Shown piece by piece: positions 20,983 to 31,095 of a stretch of DNA of 64,000 bases. Positions within the stretch are counted from its first letter, which is position 1. Each line of letters starts with the position of its first letter. The DNA lies in assembly GCA_965219995.1 (NCBI GenBank), contig CBDCOX010000002.1, positions 512,001-576,000 of the forward strand, in the 5' to 3' direction. The notes beneath the pieces were generated by a model, which did no database searches, was not told where the DNA came from, and saw nothing but the letters and a program-made list of their open reading frames with translations. Source of the stretch: Candidatus Latescibacterota bacterium. GTDB taxonomy: Bacteria; Latescibacterota; UBA2968; GCA-2709665. A program made the translations under genes and the position numbers.

Positions 20983-21071
20983 AAGGAATGAAGAAATCCC
21001 GCGAACGGCGACGCCGGCAGCGGGATTCTTGCGTACCCATGCATCGGCACGGACCGTTTTCACCGTCCCGT

Positions 21072-21911
21072 CTATGAATTCACGGTCCCGTTGGATTCCG
21101 GGCCGGCCGATTCGACCAGGGATTTCAGGGTTCTCAGGTTGCGTTCCGCGGTCGATACCGCGTCTTCCAACGGCGGCGTCTCAAAGACGAGCGGGCCGCT
21201 GTATTCCACCTCGGCCAGCGCCTTCAGGCACGCCTTCAGGTCGATTTCGCCTTCCCCGACGTAACAGGGCGTCCGGTCCTTTCGCGGGTCTTTGATGTGG
21301 ACCTGTACGATCCGGTCGCCCAGGCAGTGGATATCGGCGACCGAGTCGCTGCCGAGCATCTGCGCGTTGCCGACGTCGAAGTAAGCCCCTACGTACGGAT
21401 TGTCCACCGCTTCGATCAGTTCCCGCATCTGTTCACCGGTAACGACGTGACTGCGCCCCACGTTTTCCAGGCCGATGGAAATACCCATGTCGGCCGCCTG
21501 CGCGGCAACGGCGCGGCTTTCGTACGCCCAACGATGGGCGGCCTCGTCGGCAGGCAACGCCAGCGGGTTGGTGACGGGGATGAGAATGGTGCCGATGCCC
21601 AGTGCCTTGCAGGCATGTATGGCGTGAAACGCAATCTGTTTGGCCATAAAGCGGTTCGCGACGTCCGGGTCTGCGAAGGAATATTGCCAGAACGTGTGCA
21701 GGCAGAGTGAGAAGATGGGTATGCCCGCGGATTCGGCGCGCTGCCCCAGGGCTTCGATCCCTCCCTCGATCCAGAGGTCTGAGGCGCGATAGGTGTTGCC
21801 CCGGATGCCCAGTTCGACGCCGTCGTAGCCGAGCGCTTTCGCTTTCGGGAACACATCCACCCAGTCCGAACGAAGAACGTCTTCCAGAATACCGAATTTG
21901 AACCGGTTCAT
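21072..21911 (-). CDS. Sugar phosphate isomerase/epimerase
   Basis: GLENV, YFDVGN, VHIKD, GEGEID, VFE; start MNRFKFG at 21911. Confidence 0.85.
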   Translation of the reverse strand: MNRFKFGILEDVLRSDWVDVFPKAKALGYDGVELGIRGNTYRASDLWIEGGIEALGQRAESAGIPIFSLCLHTFWQYSFADPDVANRFMAKQIAFHAIHACKALGIGTILIPVTNPLALPADEAAHRWAYESRAVAAQAADMGISIGLENVGRSHVVTGEQMRELIEAVDNPYVGAYFDVGNAQMLGSDSVADIHCLGDRIVQVHIKDPRKDRTPCYVGEGEIDLKACLKALAEVEYSGPLVFETPPLEDAVSTAERNLRTLKSLVESAGPESNGTVNS

Positions 21912-22261
21912 TGCTTTCCTTTCCTGAATCGATAGTACCGTTCCGTATGAAATCCGGATTGTCGCATACTGCCGGGAGCGGGGCCGATCTGTGCGCGGGG
22001 TATGGATTCCCGGTGTCCGAATTTCCAATACGCGTATAGGCAATCGGACCGGTATCGAAGCCGGGTTTGCCCGGTATTCCGCTAAAGTACAAAAGGTCCG
22101 AGGTCCTGTCAACAGGATCGTGAATTCACATGAACGTGGTTTCCCGTCGCGTCGCCCGGTCGGGCGAACGGCATCGGTACACCGTCATTCGGTTTGACAT
22201 CGGGTGGTGGCCGGGGTATTTTAAAACAGCTTCTCGGTTCGATTTCGGAGGAGGCCCGACA

Positions 22262-23038
22262 ATGAAGACTGCACTGTGTACCATTGCCTTTAAAGACCGG
22301 CCGTTCGAGGACGTTCTGGACCTCGCGGTCCGGGCCGGTTTCGACGGCGTCGAACCGTGGGGAAAGCCGGATCACATGCCCGGCAGCTATCGCGCGTCGG
22401 CCAACCTGCGTATCGCCGCGGCGATTCGGGCGAGAGGGCTGGAGGTATCGCAGTACGGGTCCTACATCAATCCGGTCGCCGGCGATTTTGCGCGTGAGGT
22501 GTCGGAAGGGTTGGACACCGCATCGGATCTGGGGACGGAGACGATCCGCGTGTGGCCCGGGTCCTGCGGCTCGGCGGAAGCGACGGATGAGGACTGGCGG
22601 ACCGCGATCAGGGGATTCCGCCATTTTGCGGACCGGGCGGCGGACCGGGGGATGCGTCTGGCCGTGGAGATGCATCTGGGGTACCTGTCCGATACCGCAT
22701 GGGGCAGCCTGCGCCTGGTCGAAGGCGTGGACCGGCCCAATTTTCTGCTGAATTTCCAGCCGATGGTTACGGACGGCGCCGACCGGGTGATCTCGGTGGC
22801 ACGGCAGGTCGCGTCTCGCGTGGCCACGGTCCACGCGCAGAACTATACCGCTCCCGGGCGGAACGAACGCAGCCTGATTTCGGCAGGTTACGTGGACTAT
22901 CCCGCGGTCGTCGGGGAACTCTCGGCGGCGGGTTTCAACGGATTTCTGGAGGTCGAGTTCGTCAGGGATGACGACCCCGAGGCCGCGCTGATGTCGGATG
23001 CCGCGTTTCTGCGCGGGTTGTGTGAGAGTACGGATTGA
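22262..23038 (+). CDS. Sugar phosphate isomerase/epimerase
   Basis: AGFDGVE, AVEMH, EVEF; GGAGG RBS; upstream TTGACA-N17-TATTTT. Confidence 0.8.
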   Translation: MKTALCTIAFKDRPFEDVLDLAVRAGFDGVEPWGKPDHMPGSYRASANLRIAAAIRARGLEVSQYGSYINPVAGDFAREVSEGLDTASDLGTETIRVWPGSCGSAEATDEDWRTAIRGFRHFADRAADRGMRLAVEMHLGYLSDTAWGSLRLVEGVDRPNFLLNFQPMVTDGADRVISVARQVASRVATVHAQNYTAPGRNERSLISAGYVDYPAVVGELSAAGFNGFLEVEFVRDDDPEAALMSDAAFLRGLCESTD

Positions 23039-23068
23039 CCATGAACCAGTGAGACAGGAGGTCGGGCA

Positions 23069-23824
23069 ATGGAATTCCTGCTTGCGTGTCTTCTTTTCGT
23101 TGCGGTGTTGACCGCGGTGAGACCGGCGTACGCCGACGGTCGGCCGAACTATACCATCTACCGGGCCGGGACCCCGATTGCGGTCGACGGTCGGCTGGAC
23201 GAGCCGGCGTGGGTGGCTGCGCCGGACGTGGGCGCATTCGTGTTCCCGTGGTACAGCGACGGCAGGCAGGAACAGACGGTGGCAAAGATGCTCTGGGACG
23301 AGACTCATCTCTACGTTGCATATATCTGCGAAGACGCCCACATCTGGGCGGACCACACCGAGCGCAACAGCGACGTGTACGACGACGACTGCGTGGAGGT
23401 GTTTACGGCGCCGGATCCGGACCTGCCGCACGTCTATTTCAATATCGAGATGAATGTGCTGAGCATCTTTCTGGACCGGTTCAATCCCAGGGGTGCGGGC
23501 GAAGTCGTCGATACGGGATGGCGGGTGCAGGGACTTCAGGTTTCGACGTTTATCTCGGGCACGTTGAACGACGACACGGATACCGATTCGTACTGGGTCC
23601 TCGAGGCGGCCATTCCGTTCCAGAATTTCGCCGGCGTCGCGAAGAACACGCCCCCCGCGCCGGGCGACGTCTGGCACCTGAACCTGAACCGGCTGGGCGG
23701 CAGAACCAACGCGCAGTTCAGCCAGTGGTCCGCCAGCCGGACGCCCGAGCCGCAGTTTCACGCGCCGGATGATTTCGGCCGGGTCACGTTTTCCGATGCG
23801 GCGAGTCCGTTCTGGAAGCGATAG
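23069..23824 (+). CDS. Secreted CBM9-like carbohydrate-binding protein
   Basis: Signal peptide; VDGRLDEPAW, WDETHLY, DDCVEVF, EAAIPF, FHAPDDFG. Confidence 0.8.
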   Translation: MEFLLACLLFVAVLTAVRPAYADGRPNYTIYRAGTPIAVDGRLDEPAWVAAPDVGAFVFPWYSDGRQEQTVAKMLWDETHLYVAYICEDAHIWADHTERNSDVYDDDCVEVFTAPDPDLPHVYFNIEMNVLSIFLDRFNPRGAGEVVDTGWRVQGLQVSTFISGTLNDDTDTDSYWVLEAAIPFQNFAGVAKNTPPAPGDVWHLNLNRLGGRTNAQFSQWSASRTPEPQFHAPDDFGRVTFSDAASPFWKR

Positions 23825-23891
23825 CGAAATGAATGGGGCGGTCAGGCTGCCGGCAGGAAACCGAATCCGGAGTTAAAGAGGAGAACGCTCG

Positions 23892-24935
23892 ATGGCTGAC
23901 GGGAGCGATGCGGTCCGATTTCATCGGGACGCACTGGTGATCGACTCACACAACGACGCGATTGTCAATCACATTCGCCGGGGGAATCTGGGATTTTCGG
24001 GCAATCCGCCAACGGACGGGGACCGCCGGAACGGAACCGTCGCCTATTTCAGAGGCCGTCTGGATCGGGAGGCCATGGAAGCACCGGTTCAGATCGATTT
24101 CGTCAAGATGCGCGAGGGGGGGCTGGACGCTGCCTTTTTCGCGGTCGACGTCACCCTGGCCGTCAAGAACCATCTGACCTACGCGCTCGACGCCGTTGGG
24201 TTCTTCGACTCTGAACTGGAAGCACACGGAGGCGACGTGGTCCTGGCGAAATCCGCCGGAGACATTGTGCGCGCAAAACAGGAAGGCAAACTGGCGGTCG
24301 TGCTGGCGATCGAGAACAGCGACGGGGTGGAGGGAAGCGTGAACGTGCTGCGGATGCTGCACCGGATCGGCGTCCGTTCGATCGGCCTGACGCACGACGT
24401 CAGCAGTCTGGCCGCGGACGGAAATGCCGAGGCGCGCAGCCGGGGCGGACTCACGCGTTTCGGCGTGCGGCTAGTCGAGGAGATGAACAACCTGGGGATG
24501 CTGGTGGACGTCTCCCACGTCAGCGAAACAGGATTCTGGGACGTGATGGAGGTATCGCAAAAACCGGTGATCGCTTCGCACAGCAACTGCAAGGCGCTGT
24601 GCGACCATCCAAGAAACCTGAGCAACGAACAGATCAGGGCGCTGGCGAAGAATGGCGGGTCCATCGGCGTAACGTTCGTGCCCCGTTTTGTCGATAAGTC
24701 GACGCCTACGTTCGCCCGTCTTCTCGACCACGTCGATCACATCGTGCAGGTTGTAGGCGCGGACCACGCGGGCATCGGATCGGACTTCGACGGCGGGGGA
24801 ACGCTGCTTGACGACGCGACCTCGTTTCCGAGGATTTCCGACGGATTGCTGGCCAGGGGTTATACAGAAGGCGATGTCCGCAAGGTTCTCGGCGAGAACC
24901 ACCTCAGGGTCTTTTCGGAGGTGACCGGGAATTGA
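23892..24935 (+). CDS. Membrane (renal) dipeptidase, M19 family
   Basis: DSHND, DVSH, ASHSN, HPRN, GIGSDFDG. Confidence 0.92.
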   Translation: MADGSDAVRFHRDALVIDSHNDAIVNHIRRGNLGFSGNPPTDGDRRNGTVAYFRGRLDREAMEAPVQIDFVKMREGGLDAAFFAVDVTLAVKNHLTYALDAVGFFDSELEAHGGDVVLAKSAGDIVRAKQEGKLAVVLAIENSDGVEGSVNVLRMLHRIGVRSIGLTHDVSSLAADGNAEARSRGGLTRFGVRLVEEMNNLGMLVDVSHVSETGFWDVMEVSQKPVIASHSNCKALCDHPRNLSNEQIRALAKNGGSIGVTFVPRFVDKSTPTFARLLDHVDHIVQVVGADHAGIGSDFDGGGTLLDDATSFPRISDGLLARGYTEGDVRKVLGENHLRVFSEVTGN

Positions 24936-25056
24936 AACCGGACCGCGAATTTCAATTGGCCGGTTCGCGCGGCTATCCCGTGCGGAGACGAGTCACTCAT
25001 GACTAGCTTTCCTATATGGACGAGATGGTGTCAACGTTTCGGAAAATACAGCTCTT

Positions 25057-25560
25057 TTATTTGGTCAACGACGAAAACGGAATAATGGATACCTCGGAAA
25101 CGGTTTTTCGCGATGGGTTGTAAACGCACCCGTAAGCCATTTTCTGCCACGCGCCGTATTGATTCTGCACTTCCAAAGCTGTGCCGCCAATTTCAATATT
25201 TCCGGCGCGGCGATTGACAAGCGGAAATTTCGATTCAGTCCAGCCAACTGTCCATTTGAATCTGTAAGTCAACTTTTTTTCGATTGCGGTCTGACAATAC
25301 GCGGCTGCAGTGGCATTGATTTCGCTTCGCGAGGGCGGAGAATTCGAATCCTGGTATATCCATATTCCAATTGTGACAACAATGCCCGCAAATGCGGCCA
25401 GGAATATTAATGCTTTTATCCCTTCCCGTCGTTCTTTTTCCCGCTCCCTTTCCGCTTGCTCCCGGACACGCCTTTCCACTCCGTCCGCCCACCGGTCTAA
25501 TCTCTCTTGCCGACGCCGCTTCCGGTCGTCATCTTCGCTTGTATTATGCGATTTAGCCAT
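25057..25560 (-). CDS. Hypothetical single-pass membrane protein, AT-richer than its neighbours
   Basis: Charged N-terminus, one TM helix, C-terminal CQ...QNQYGA...YGC domain. Confidence 0.65.
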   Translation of the reverse strand: MAKSHNTSEDDDRKRRRQERLDRWADGVERRVREQAEREREKERREGIKALIFLAAFAGIVVTIGIWIYQDSNSPPSRSEINATAAAYCQTAIEKKLTYRFKWTVGWTESKFPLVNRRAGNIEIGGTALEVQNQYGAWQKMAYGCVYNPSRKTVSEVSIIPFSSLTK

Positions 25561-25571
25561 TCGATTCTTCC

Positions 25572-25816
25572 CTAGATAGCCCCATAGCGGCCTTGTCGCT
25601 CAAGATGCGACTTGCGTTTGTGACATTGCCGACGACGCGCTTGCAGATTCACGAGTTCATGGGATCCCGCGAGGTGCTCGGGCCGGACTGGTCGATCTCA
25701 AGCCGCGTTGTCCGGTGGCAACAGGTGCGGCATTACCAGCCGTCGCGTCACAGGATTTGGTACCGAAGTGCACTCCATACGTGGGATTGGATCCGATTTT
25801 CACGGAATAATGCCAT
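25572..25816 (-). pseudogene. Degenerate small phage-type HNH endonuclease
   Basis: Manual translation: MALF...WSALRYQIL*RDGW*CRTC...RLEID, then a shifted frame NLQARRRQCHKRKS; two stops and a frameshift. Confidence 0.7.
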
Positions 25817-25856
25817 TTTTCAGCACTGTGAGCGGCGTCATTTCTTCGATTGGGGA

Positions 25857-26726
25857 CTATTCGATGGACGGCACCGCGATTTTCTCTTTCTCCCCGATGG
25901 ATCTCTCAAGCGCTTCCAGGACGGCAACCGGCATGAGCATCGACTCGCGCGTTTCGTCGGTAACCCCGGTCTTGAACATGTCGCAGAAGGCCTCTGCGCC
26001 GCCGAGGTATGGGTTTTCGTCGTACCCGATCGCACGGTCGACCCGCCCCTTTTCGCAGATGACCGACACATGGAAGGCGCTGTGTCCTTCGGTGAAGAGA
26101 TTGAGCGTGGAGACGGCGCCGCTGGACGAATACAAAGTGCCGGTATGGTTCTTGTCGCCCAGGTTGACCTGCACATGGGTGACGTCGTTGTCGAGCAGGC
26201 GCACGGCCATATCCACCTGGTGGATGCCGTAGAAGAAGACACCGCCCCACTCGGATTCGATGTCGCACGGGCCGGTCGTGATCACGGAGACAACCCGACC
26301 CAGCCCGGCGATTTCCTGCTTGAGCTGACTGAAGGACGCCTGTCTGGGCAGCACCGAAAAGGAGCAGACGGGGACCCCGAGCTCCGCCGCACGATCGAGG
26401 AATCGCCTGCCCTCCGAGACGCGGTAGCAGAACGGTTTGTCGACAAAGACGGGAATTCCGGCCTCGATGAGCGGCCAGACCGCGGGCAGGTGGTATTTCG
26501 CGTCGCGGTGGTCCACGCACGCGGCGTCCACGTGACCGATCATATCTTCGGGGTTCTCGACGACATTCGGAATCTGTCCCCGATCCTGGGCGTCTTTGGC
26601 GTACCGGGCGGCTTCACCCCAGACGTGGGTGACGCGGCAGCCCGGTACTTTTTTGTCGATGTTCAGCGTTTTCGAGATGGCGACGGTGTGGCTGTTCTCC
26701 GCGCCGACGATTCCGATGTTAAGCAT
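25857..26726 (-). CDS. Gfo/Idh/MocA-family oxidoreductase
   Basis: MLNIGIVG, VFVDKP, FYGIH; start at 26726. Confidence 0.85.
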   Translation of the reverse strand: MLNIGIVGAENSHTVAISKTLNIDKKVPGCRVTHVWGEAARYAKDAQDRGQIPNVVENPEDMIGHVDAACVDHRDAKYHLPAVWPLIEAGIPVFVDKPFCYRVSEGRRFLDRAAELGVPVCSFSVLPRQASFSQLKQEIAGLGRVVSVITTGPCDIESEWGGVFFYGIHQVDMAVRLLDNDVTHVQVNLGDKNHTGTLYSSSGAVSTLNLFTEGHSAFHVSVICEKGRVDRAIGYDENPYLGGAEAFCDMFKTGVTDETRESMLMPVAVLEALERSIGEKEKIAVPSIE

Positions 26727-26820
26727 TCGGTTCCTCCCTGGTTGGGTTTCCCTCGTGGATTTGGCTTGATGCAGTGCTACGAATATAAACCTGGCATGGA
26801 TGGACAGAACCGCATGTCGC

Positions 26821-28020
26821 TCAGGGCCTGGCGGGCGAGCCGTCGGGCAGGCGGGCCTGCGTCCAGTCGATGATCTCGTCTCGGCAGGGGTAGCCGACGG
26901 CGAGTTCTTCGTCGACGTCAATTCCGAGGCCCGGCCGGTCGCTGGGGTACATGTAGCCGCCTCTGACTTCCGGGGTTCCGGGGAAGATTTCGTACACGCG
27001 TTCGTCAAATCGGCACCACTCCTGGATGCCGAAGTTGGGCGCCCACAGATCCAGGTGCAGATTCGCGGCGTGGCCGACCGGCGAAACGTCGCCCGGACCG
27101 TGCCACGCGGTGCGTATGCCGTACATGTCCGCAAGAATTGCGACGTTTCGGGCGGGCGTCAGGCCGCCCATCTGGCTGATGTGCATCCGGACGAAGTCGA
27201 TCAGCCGGTCCTGCACGAGCGGAGTCCACTCCCGCGGGTGGTTGAAAAGCTCCCCCATGGCGATGGGCGTGGCGCATTGCCGGCGGATGTTGCGGAACCA
27301 CTCGAGGTCTTCCGGCGCCAGCGGGTCCTCCAGGAAGAACAGCTTGAAGGGTTCCGCGTCTTTCGCAAATTGAACCGCGTCGATCGGGACGAGGCGCTCG
27401 TGAACGTCGTGGAGGAGTTCGAGGTGCGCGGCGGTGTTCGCACGGACGTGTCCGATCATGTCGAGGACTCCGCGAGCGTATTCCCTGGGGTCATAATACG
27501 CGCCGTCCTGCGCGCCTTCCGGACCGCGGAGGCGGGACGTCCTGCCGCCGTAACCTCCCATCTGAACGCGGATGTGCTGGTAGCCCTGTTCCTGGAATTT
27601 CAGGACGTTGGTCAGGACTTCCTCCTTTTCGAAACCGTCGGCGTGCGCGTAACAGGCCGCGGCTTCGCGGCATTTGCCGCCCAGGAGTTGGTACACGGGC
27701 ATGCCGGCGCGTTTGCCCTTGATGTCCCACAGGGCGATGTCGACGCCCGAAATCGCGTTGTTGAGTACGGGTCCGTTTCGCCAGTACCCGTTGACCATAT
27801 TCATCTGCCAGATGTCTTCGATACGGTCCACGTCCCGGCCGATGAGGAAGGGTTTCAGGTGTTTCTCGAGGGCGGTGTGGACGGCATGGAAACGCTGGGT
27901 GAACGTGGCGCATCCGAGGCCGTACAGGCCCGGCTCGGACGTCAGGACTTTGACCACGATCAGGCGCGATCCCGCCGGCTGGGTGAGGATGGTTCTGATG
28001 TCGCGGATGGTTACGGGCAC
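26821..28020 (-). CDS. Mandelate racemase/enolase superfamily acid-sugar dehydratase (RspA/ManD group)
   Basis: YWRNGPV, HDVHERL, FFLED, MGELF, WHGPGDVSPVG. Confidence 0.9.
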   Translation of the reverse strand: MPVTIRDIRTILTQPAGSRLIVVKVLTSEPGLYGLGCATFTQRFHAVHTALEKHLKPFLIGRDVDRIEDIWQMNMVNGYWRNGPVLNNAISGVDIALWDIKGKRAGMPVYQLLGGKCREAAACYAHADGFEKEEVLTNVLKFQEQGYQHIRVQMGGYGGRTSRLRGPEGAQDGAYYDPREYARGVLDMIGHVRANTAAHLELLHDVHERLVPIDAVQFAKDAEPFKLFFLEDPLAPEDLEWFRNIRRQCATPIAMGELFNHPREWTPLVQDRLIDFVRMHISQMGGLTPARNVAILADMYGIRTAWHGPGDVSPVGHAANLHLDLWAPNFGIQEWCRFDERVYEIFPGTPEVRGGYMYPSDRPGLGIDVDEELAVGYPCRDEIIDWTQARLPDGSPARP

Positions 28021-28093
28021 GTCCGCCTCCCGTTCGACGGCTGGCGATTGGACCGTTGACGCGGTTCCCGGCTTCTTTAATAAGTTCTGCGAG

Positions 28094-28117
28094 TTGAAAT
28101 GTCCACGGATATTTCAA
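28094..28117. promoter_or_regulatory. Palindromic putative operator overlapping the dehydratase promoter
   Basis: TTGAAATGTCC-AC-GGATATTTCAA; overlaps minus-strand TGGACA-N17-TATTAA. Confidence 0.5.
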
Positions 28118-28166
28118 GGGCCGGTCAGGGGATGGCGCTGTACTGGACCCACCAGCGAACGGACGT

Positions 28167-29471
28167 CTACAACCGTCCCTCTTTCTGCAGAATGTCTCCC
28201 GCGATGGCGTAGGTCGTGCCGTGCATACCGATCACCACGAGGCCCAGGCCCTCGGCCAGGTAACCGCCGGGGTACAAATTGGGAATCGTCGTGGACTCGT
28301 AGTTGTGGGGATGTGTGGGCAGTTGGTGGACCTGGAAGCGGTAATTGTCGAATTTGTCCACCGGACGAAGCGGTGGAAATCCCTCGAAAAGCGAATAATC
28401 CGCGATGCCGCCGATTTCCAGGATGGCGTGATCAATTTCAAGTGTTTTTCCGGAGCCATTGCGATCAAGCGTGGCAATGCCGCTGGAATCCGCCTGCTCG
28501 AAACCGAGAACCCGGGCCTCGTAATGAGTCTTCAGCCGGGGGGACCGGCTTTCCATGATTTCGGCGATCCGGGCGTAATAGGGAAGCCCGTGGCGGCTGT
28601 CCGATATGAGTCGCCAGTGACGTTCGAAGGGCTGTCGCATCACGTAGTGGACGTGCCTGCCGGCGTCGTGCAGTTCGCTCGCCGCCCAATCCGCGGAGCG
28701 ACCGCCTCCCACGACAAGAACGCGGTCCCCCGGATAGCGTTCGGGTTGATCGTAGCCGGAAGTCACGAACGGGAGGTGTTCGCCCGGTACGCCGAGTTCG
28801 CGCAGAATGCAGCGTTGCCCAACCGCGTAGACCAGGTATTTGCAGGTGTAGCGACGTGTGATCTCCGAACCGACGGCGCTGGATGTAATCAGAAAACCGG
28901 CGTCGTGGGGCTGAATGCGGGTTACGCATTCGTTTGTGCGAATGCGGTCGGCGACTTCGAAACGGCCGGGCACAGCGTGATAGTAGTCCAGGAGGTGACG
29001 TTTGGCGATCAGAGCGTTGACGTCGAGATCGACATTTCGTTCGCGACAGTGCCGGTCGAGAGGATAGAAGGCGAATTCCATCCACTGCCCCGGCGACAGC
29101 GTGAGCATGTTTTCAGGCACGTTGTTCCACACGCCGCCGACCTCTTCCCGGGTGATGAGCAGGACGTCGACGGGTTCGCTCCGGCGGAACTGCAGGGCGA
29201 TCTCCTGTTCGCCGCGGTACTTCAATCCGGGATGGTGGAGCAGGCGGAACAGGTCCACGGGCCGGATGCCCGCGTTCACCACGCCTCTGAAGTCCAGGCC
29301 GAGCAGAGTGCCGCTTTCGCCGCGAAGGGTGCGATCGATCTGCTCGTATCGATTGCGGAAAAGGTCTCCGCCGAGATAGAAGGGATGCCATCCGCCGAGC
29401 ACGACGGCCAGCGGCAGCCCGGCAGGGCCTCCGCCCACGATGATAACGGTATGGTGTTCGGGTGTGACCAT
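28167..29471 (-). CDS. FAD/NAD(P)-dependent oxidoreductase, OSGIN-like
   Basis: IVGGGPAG (FAD), VVGGGRSAAD (NAD(P)), GGVW....NMLTLSPGQWM. Confidence 0.75.
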   Translation of the reverse strand: MVTPEHHTVIIVGGGPAGLPLAVVLGGWHPFYLGGDLFRNRYEQIDRTLRGESGTLLGLDFRGVVNAGIRPVDLFRLLHHPGLKYRGEQEIALQFRRSEPVDVLLITREEVGGVWNNVPENMLTLSPGQWMEFAFYPLDRHCRERNVDLDVNALIAKRHLLDYYHAVPGRFEVADRIRTNECVTRIQPHDAGFLITSSAVGSEITRRYTCKYLVYAVGQRCILRELGVPGEHLPFVTSGYDQPERYPGDRVLVVGGGRSADWAASELHDAGRHVHYVMRQPFERHWRLISDSRHGLPYYARIAEIMESRSPRLKTHYEARVLGFEQADSSGIATLDRNGSGKTLEIDHAILEIGGIADYSLFEGFPPLRPVDKFDNYRFQVHQLPTHPHNYESTTIPNLYPGGYLAEGLGLVVIGMHGTTYAIAGDILQKEGRL

Positions 29472-29727
29472 GGGGTTTCCGGGTCTGCGGTCAGTCGGCG
29501 CGTCGCCGCGGGACGTCGTCCATGGGACGCACGGGATGGGTTACGGGGCTCAATCCCGCGCCGTAAGGCAGTGGATTCGATACGTTTAGGGCACGGCCCT
29601 TTACGTGCGGGGTAGACCTTGACTTCAGCCGTTGAATGCCGTATGATGGTGCTCCTGAGAGAGCGGCTGAAAAGTAGATCCGATGCCGGGGGGAGTCAAG
29701 CCGAATATTGGAGAAGGGGAGAAGCCG

Positions 29728-31095
29728 ATGGCGGACGAACGTCAACCGGACGTTGAAGAGATTCGGGCGCAGGACCGCGCGCACGTGTGGCATCCGATGG
29801 TACAGCACCGGACGCTGGAGCACCGGGATCTGATGGTGATCCACAGGGGAGAGGGAACCACCGTCGTGGACGCGGAGGGCCGGGAGTTCCTGGACGCGTA
29901 CTCGGGACTCTGGAACGTCAATGTCGGATACGGCCGCCGGGAGATCGCGGAAGCCGTGTACGAACAGATGCTGCAGCTTTCGTATTATCCCCATCTGCAC
30001 GTCAATGTGCCCGCGACGAATCTTGCATCCAGGCTGGCTGAGCTTCTGCCCGGAGATCTGAACCATCTTTTCTTCTCAAACAGCGGCTCCGAAGCGAACG
30101 AGACCGCGCTGAAGATCGCCAGGCAGTATGGCCGGCAGAAACACCCGGGTGAGAACCGGTTCAAGGTGATTGCGAGATACCAGGGTTACCACGGCTTCAC
30201 CTTTGGCGCGATGTCCGCGACGGGCCAGGTTGCCAGGCGGACCGGGTTCGAACCCCTGATGCCGGGCTTTCTGCATGTTAATCCTCCCTATTCCTTTCGT
30301 TGCGGGAAGAAACTGACCTATGCCGACGGCGGTGTGGCGTGCGCGAACGAGGTCGAAGAGGTCATTGTCCGCGAGGACCCGACAACGGTTGCGGCGGTTA
30401 TCGCCGAGCCGATCATCGGCGGCGGCGGTGTGATCGTCCCGCCGGAGAGATACCTGCCTCGCCTTCGTGAAATCTGCGACCGATACGGCGTGCTGCTGAT
30501 CCTCGACGAAGTGATTACGGGATTCGGCCGGACCGGCAAACTGTTCGCGTCGGAGCACTGGGGTGTGGTCCCGGACATGATGACCATGGCGAAAGGCGTG
30601 TCCAGCGGATATCTGCCCCTCGGGGCGTGCGCGGTGACGCCGGAGGTGTTTGAAACCTTCATGGGCGAACCGGGCGAGCATCGGGAATTCTCCTCGGTGT
30701 CAACCTATGGCGGGCATCCGGTCTGCTGCGCGGCGGCTCTGGCGAATCTGGACATACTGACGGCCGAACGACTCTGGGAGAATTCGGCGGAAGTTGGCGC
30801 AACCCTTCTGGCTGCGCTGGAACGACTGGATTCTCCGTACATCGGCGAAGTGCGGGGCAAGGGGTTGATGATCGCCGTGGAACTGGCGGCGCACAATGGC
30901 GAATCTTTGGACCCGGACCGTGTCGCGGCGGTGCAGGCCGGCATTCTTGAACAGGGCGTGATCGTGGGACGCATGAGCCACGTGATGCACGGCCCGGAGA
31001 GTATTTTCTTCCTGGCGCCGCCCCTGATCCTTACCCGGAGCGAAGCGGACCGGATTGTGTCGGCGTTCGAGACAGGTCTCAAACGCATTTCGTGA
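29728..31095 (+). CDS. Class III PLP aminotransferase
   Basis: NSGSEANE, YHG, ILDEVITGFGRTG, MAKG; upstream TTGACT-N17-TATGAT at 29619-29647. Confidence 0.93.
   Translation: MADERQPDVEEIRAQDRAHVWHPMVQHRTLEHRDLMVIHRGEGTTVVDAEGREFLDAYSGLWNVNVGYGRREIAEAVYEQMLQLSYYPHLHVNVPATNLASRLAELLPGDLNHLFFSNSGSEANETALKIARQYGRQKHPGENRFKVIARYQGYHGFTFGAMSATGQVARRTGFEPLMPGFLHVNPPYSFRCGKKLTYADGGVACANEVEEVIVREDPTTVAAVIAEPIIGGGGVIVPPERYLPRLREICDRYGVLLILDEVITGFGRTGKLFASEHWGVVPDMMTMAKGVSSGYLPLGACAVTPEVFETFMGEPGEHREFSSVSTYGGHPVCCAAALANLDILTAERLWENSAEVGATLLAALERLDSPYIGEVRGKGLMIAVELAAHNGESLDPDRVAAVQAGILEQGVIVGRMSHVMHGPESIFFLAPPLILTRSEADRIVSAFETGLKRIS

Noticed and set aside
22109-23761. Long antisense ORFs (also 16437-17648, 26800-28059, 28221-29615, 30705-32417, 39773-41263, 62214-63347)
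   Set aside because: Shadows of well-supported genes on the opposite strand in high-GC DNA; no recognisable motifs
26795-26807. CATGGATGGACAG as a third MITE copy
   Set aside because: Only a 13-nt match with no TIRs
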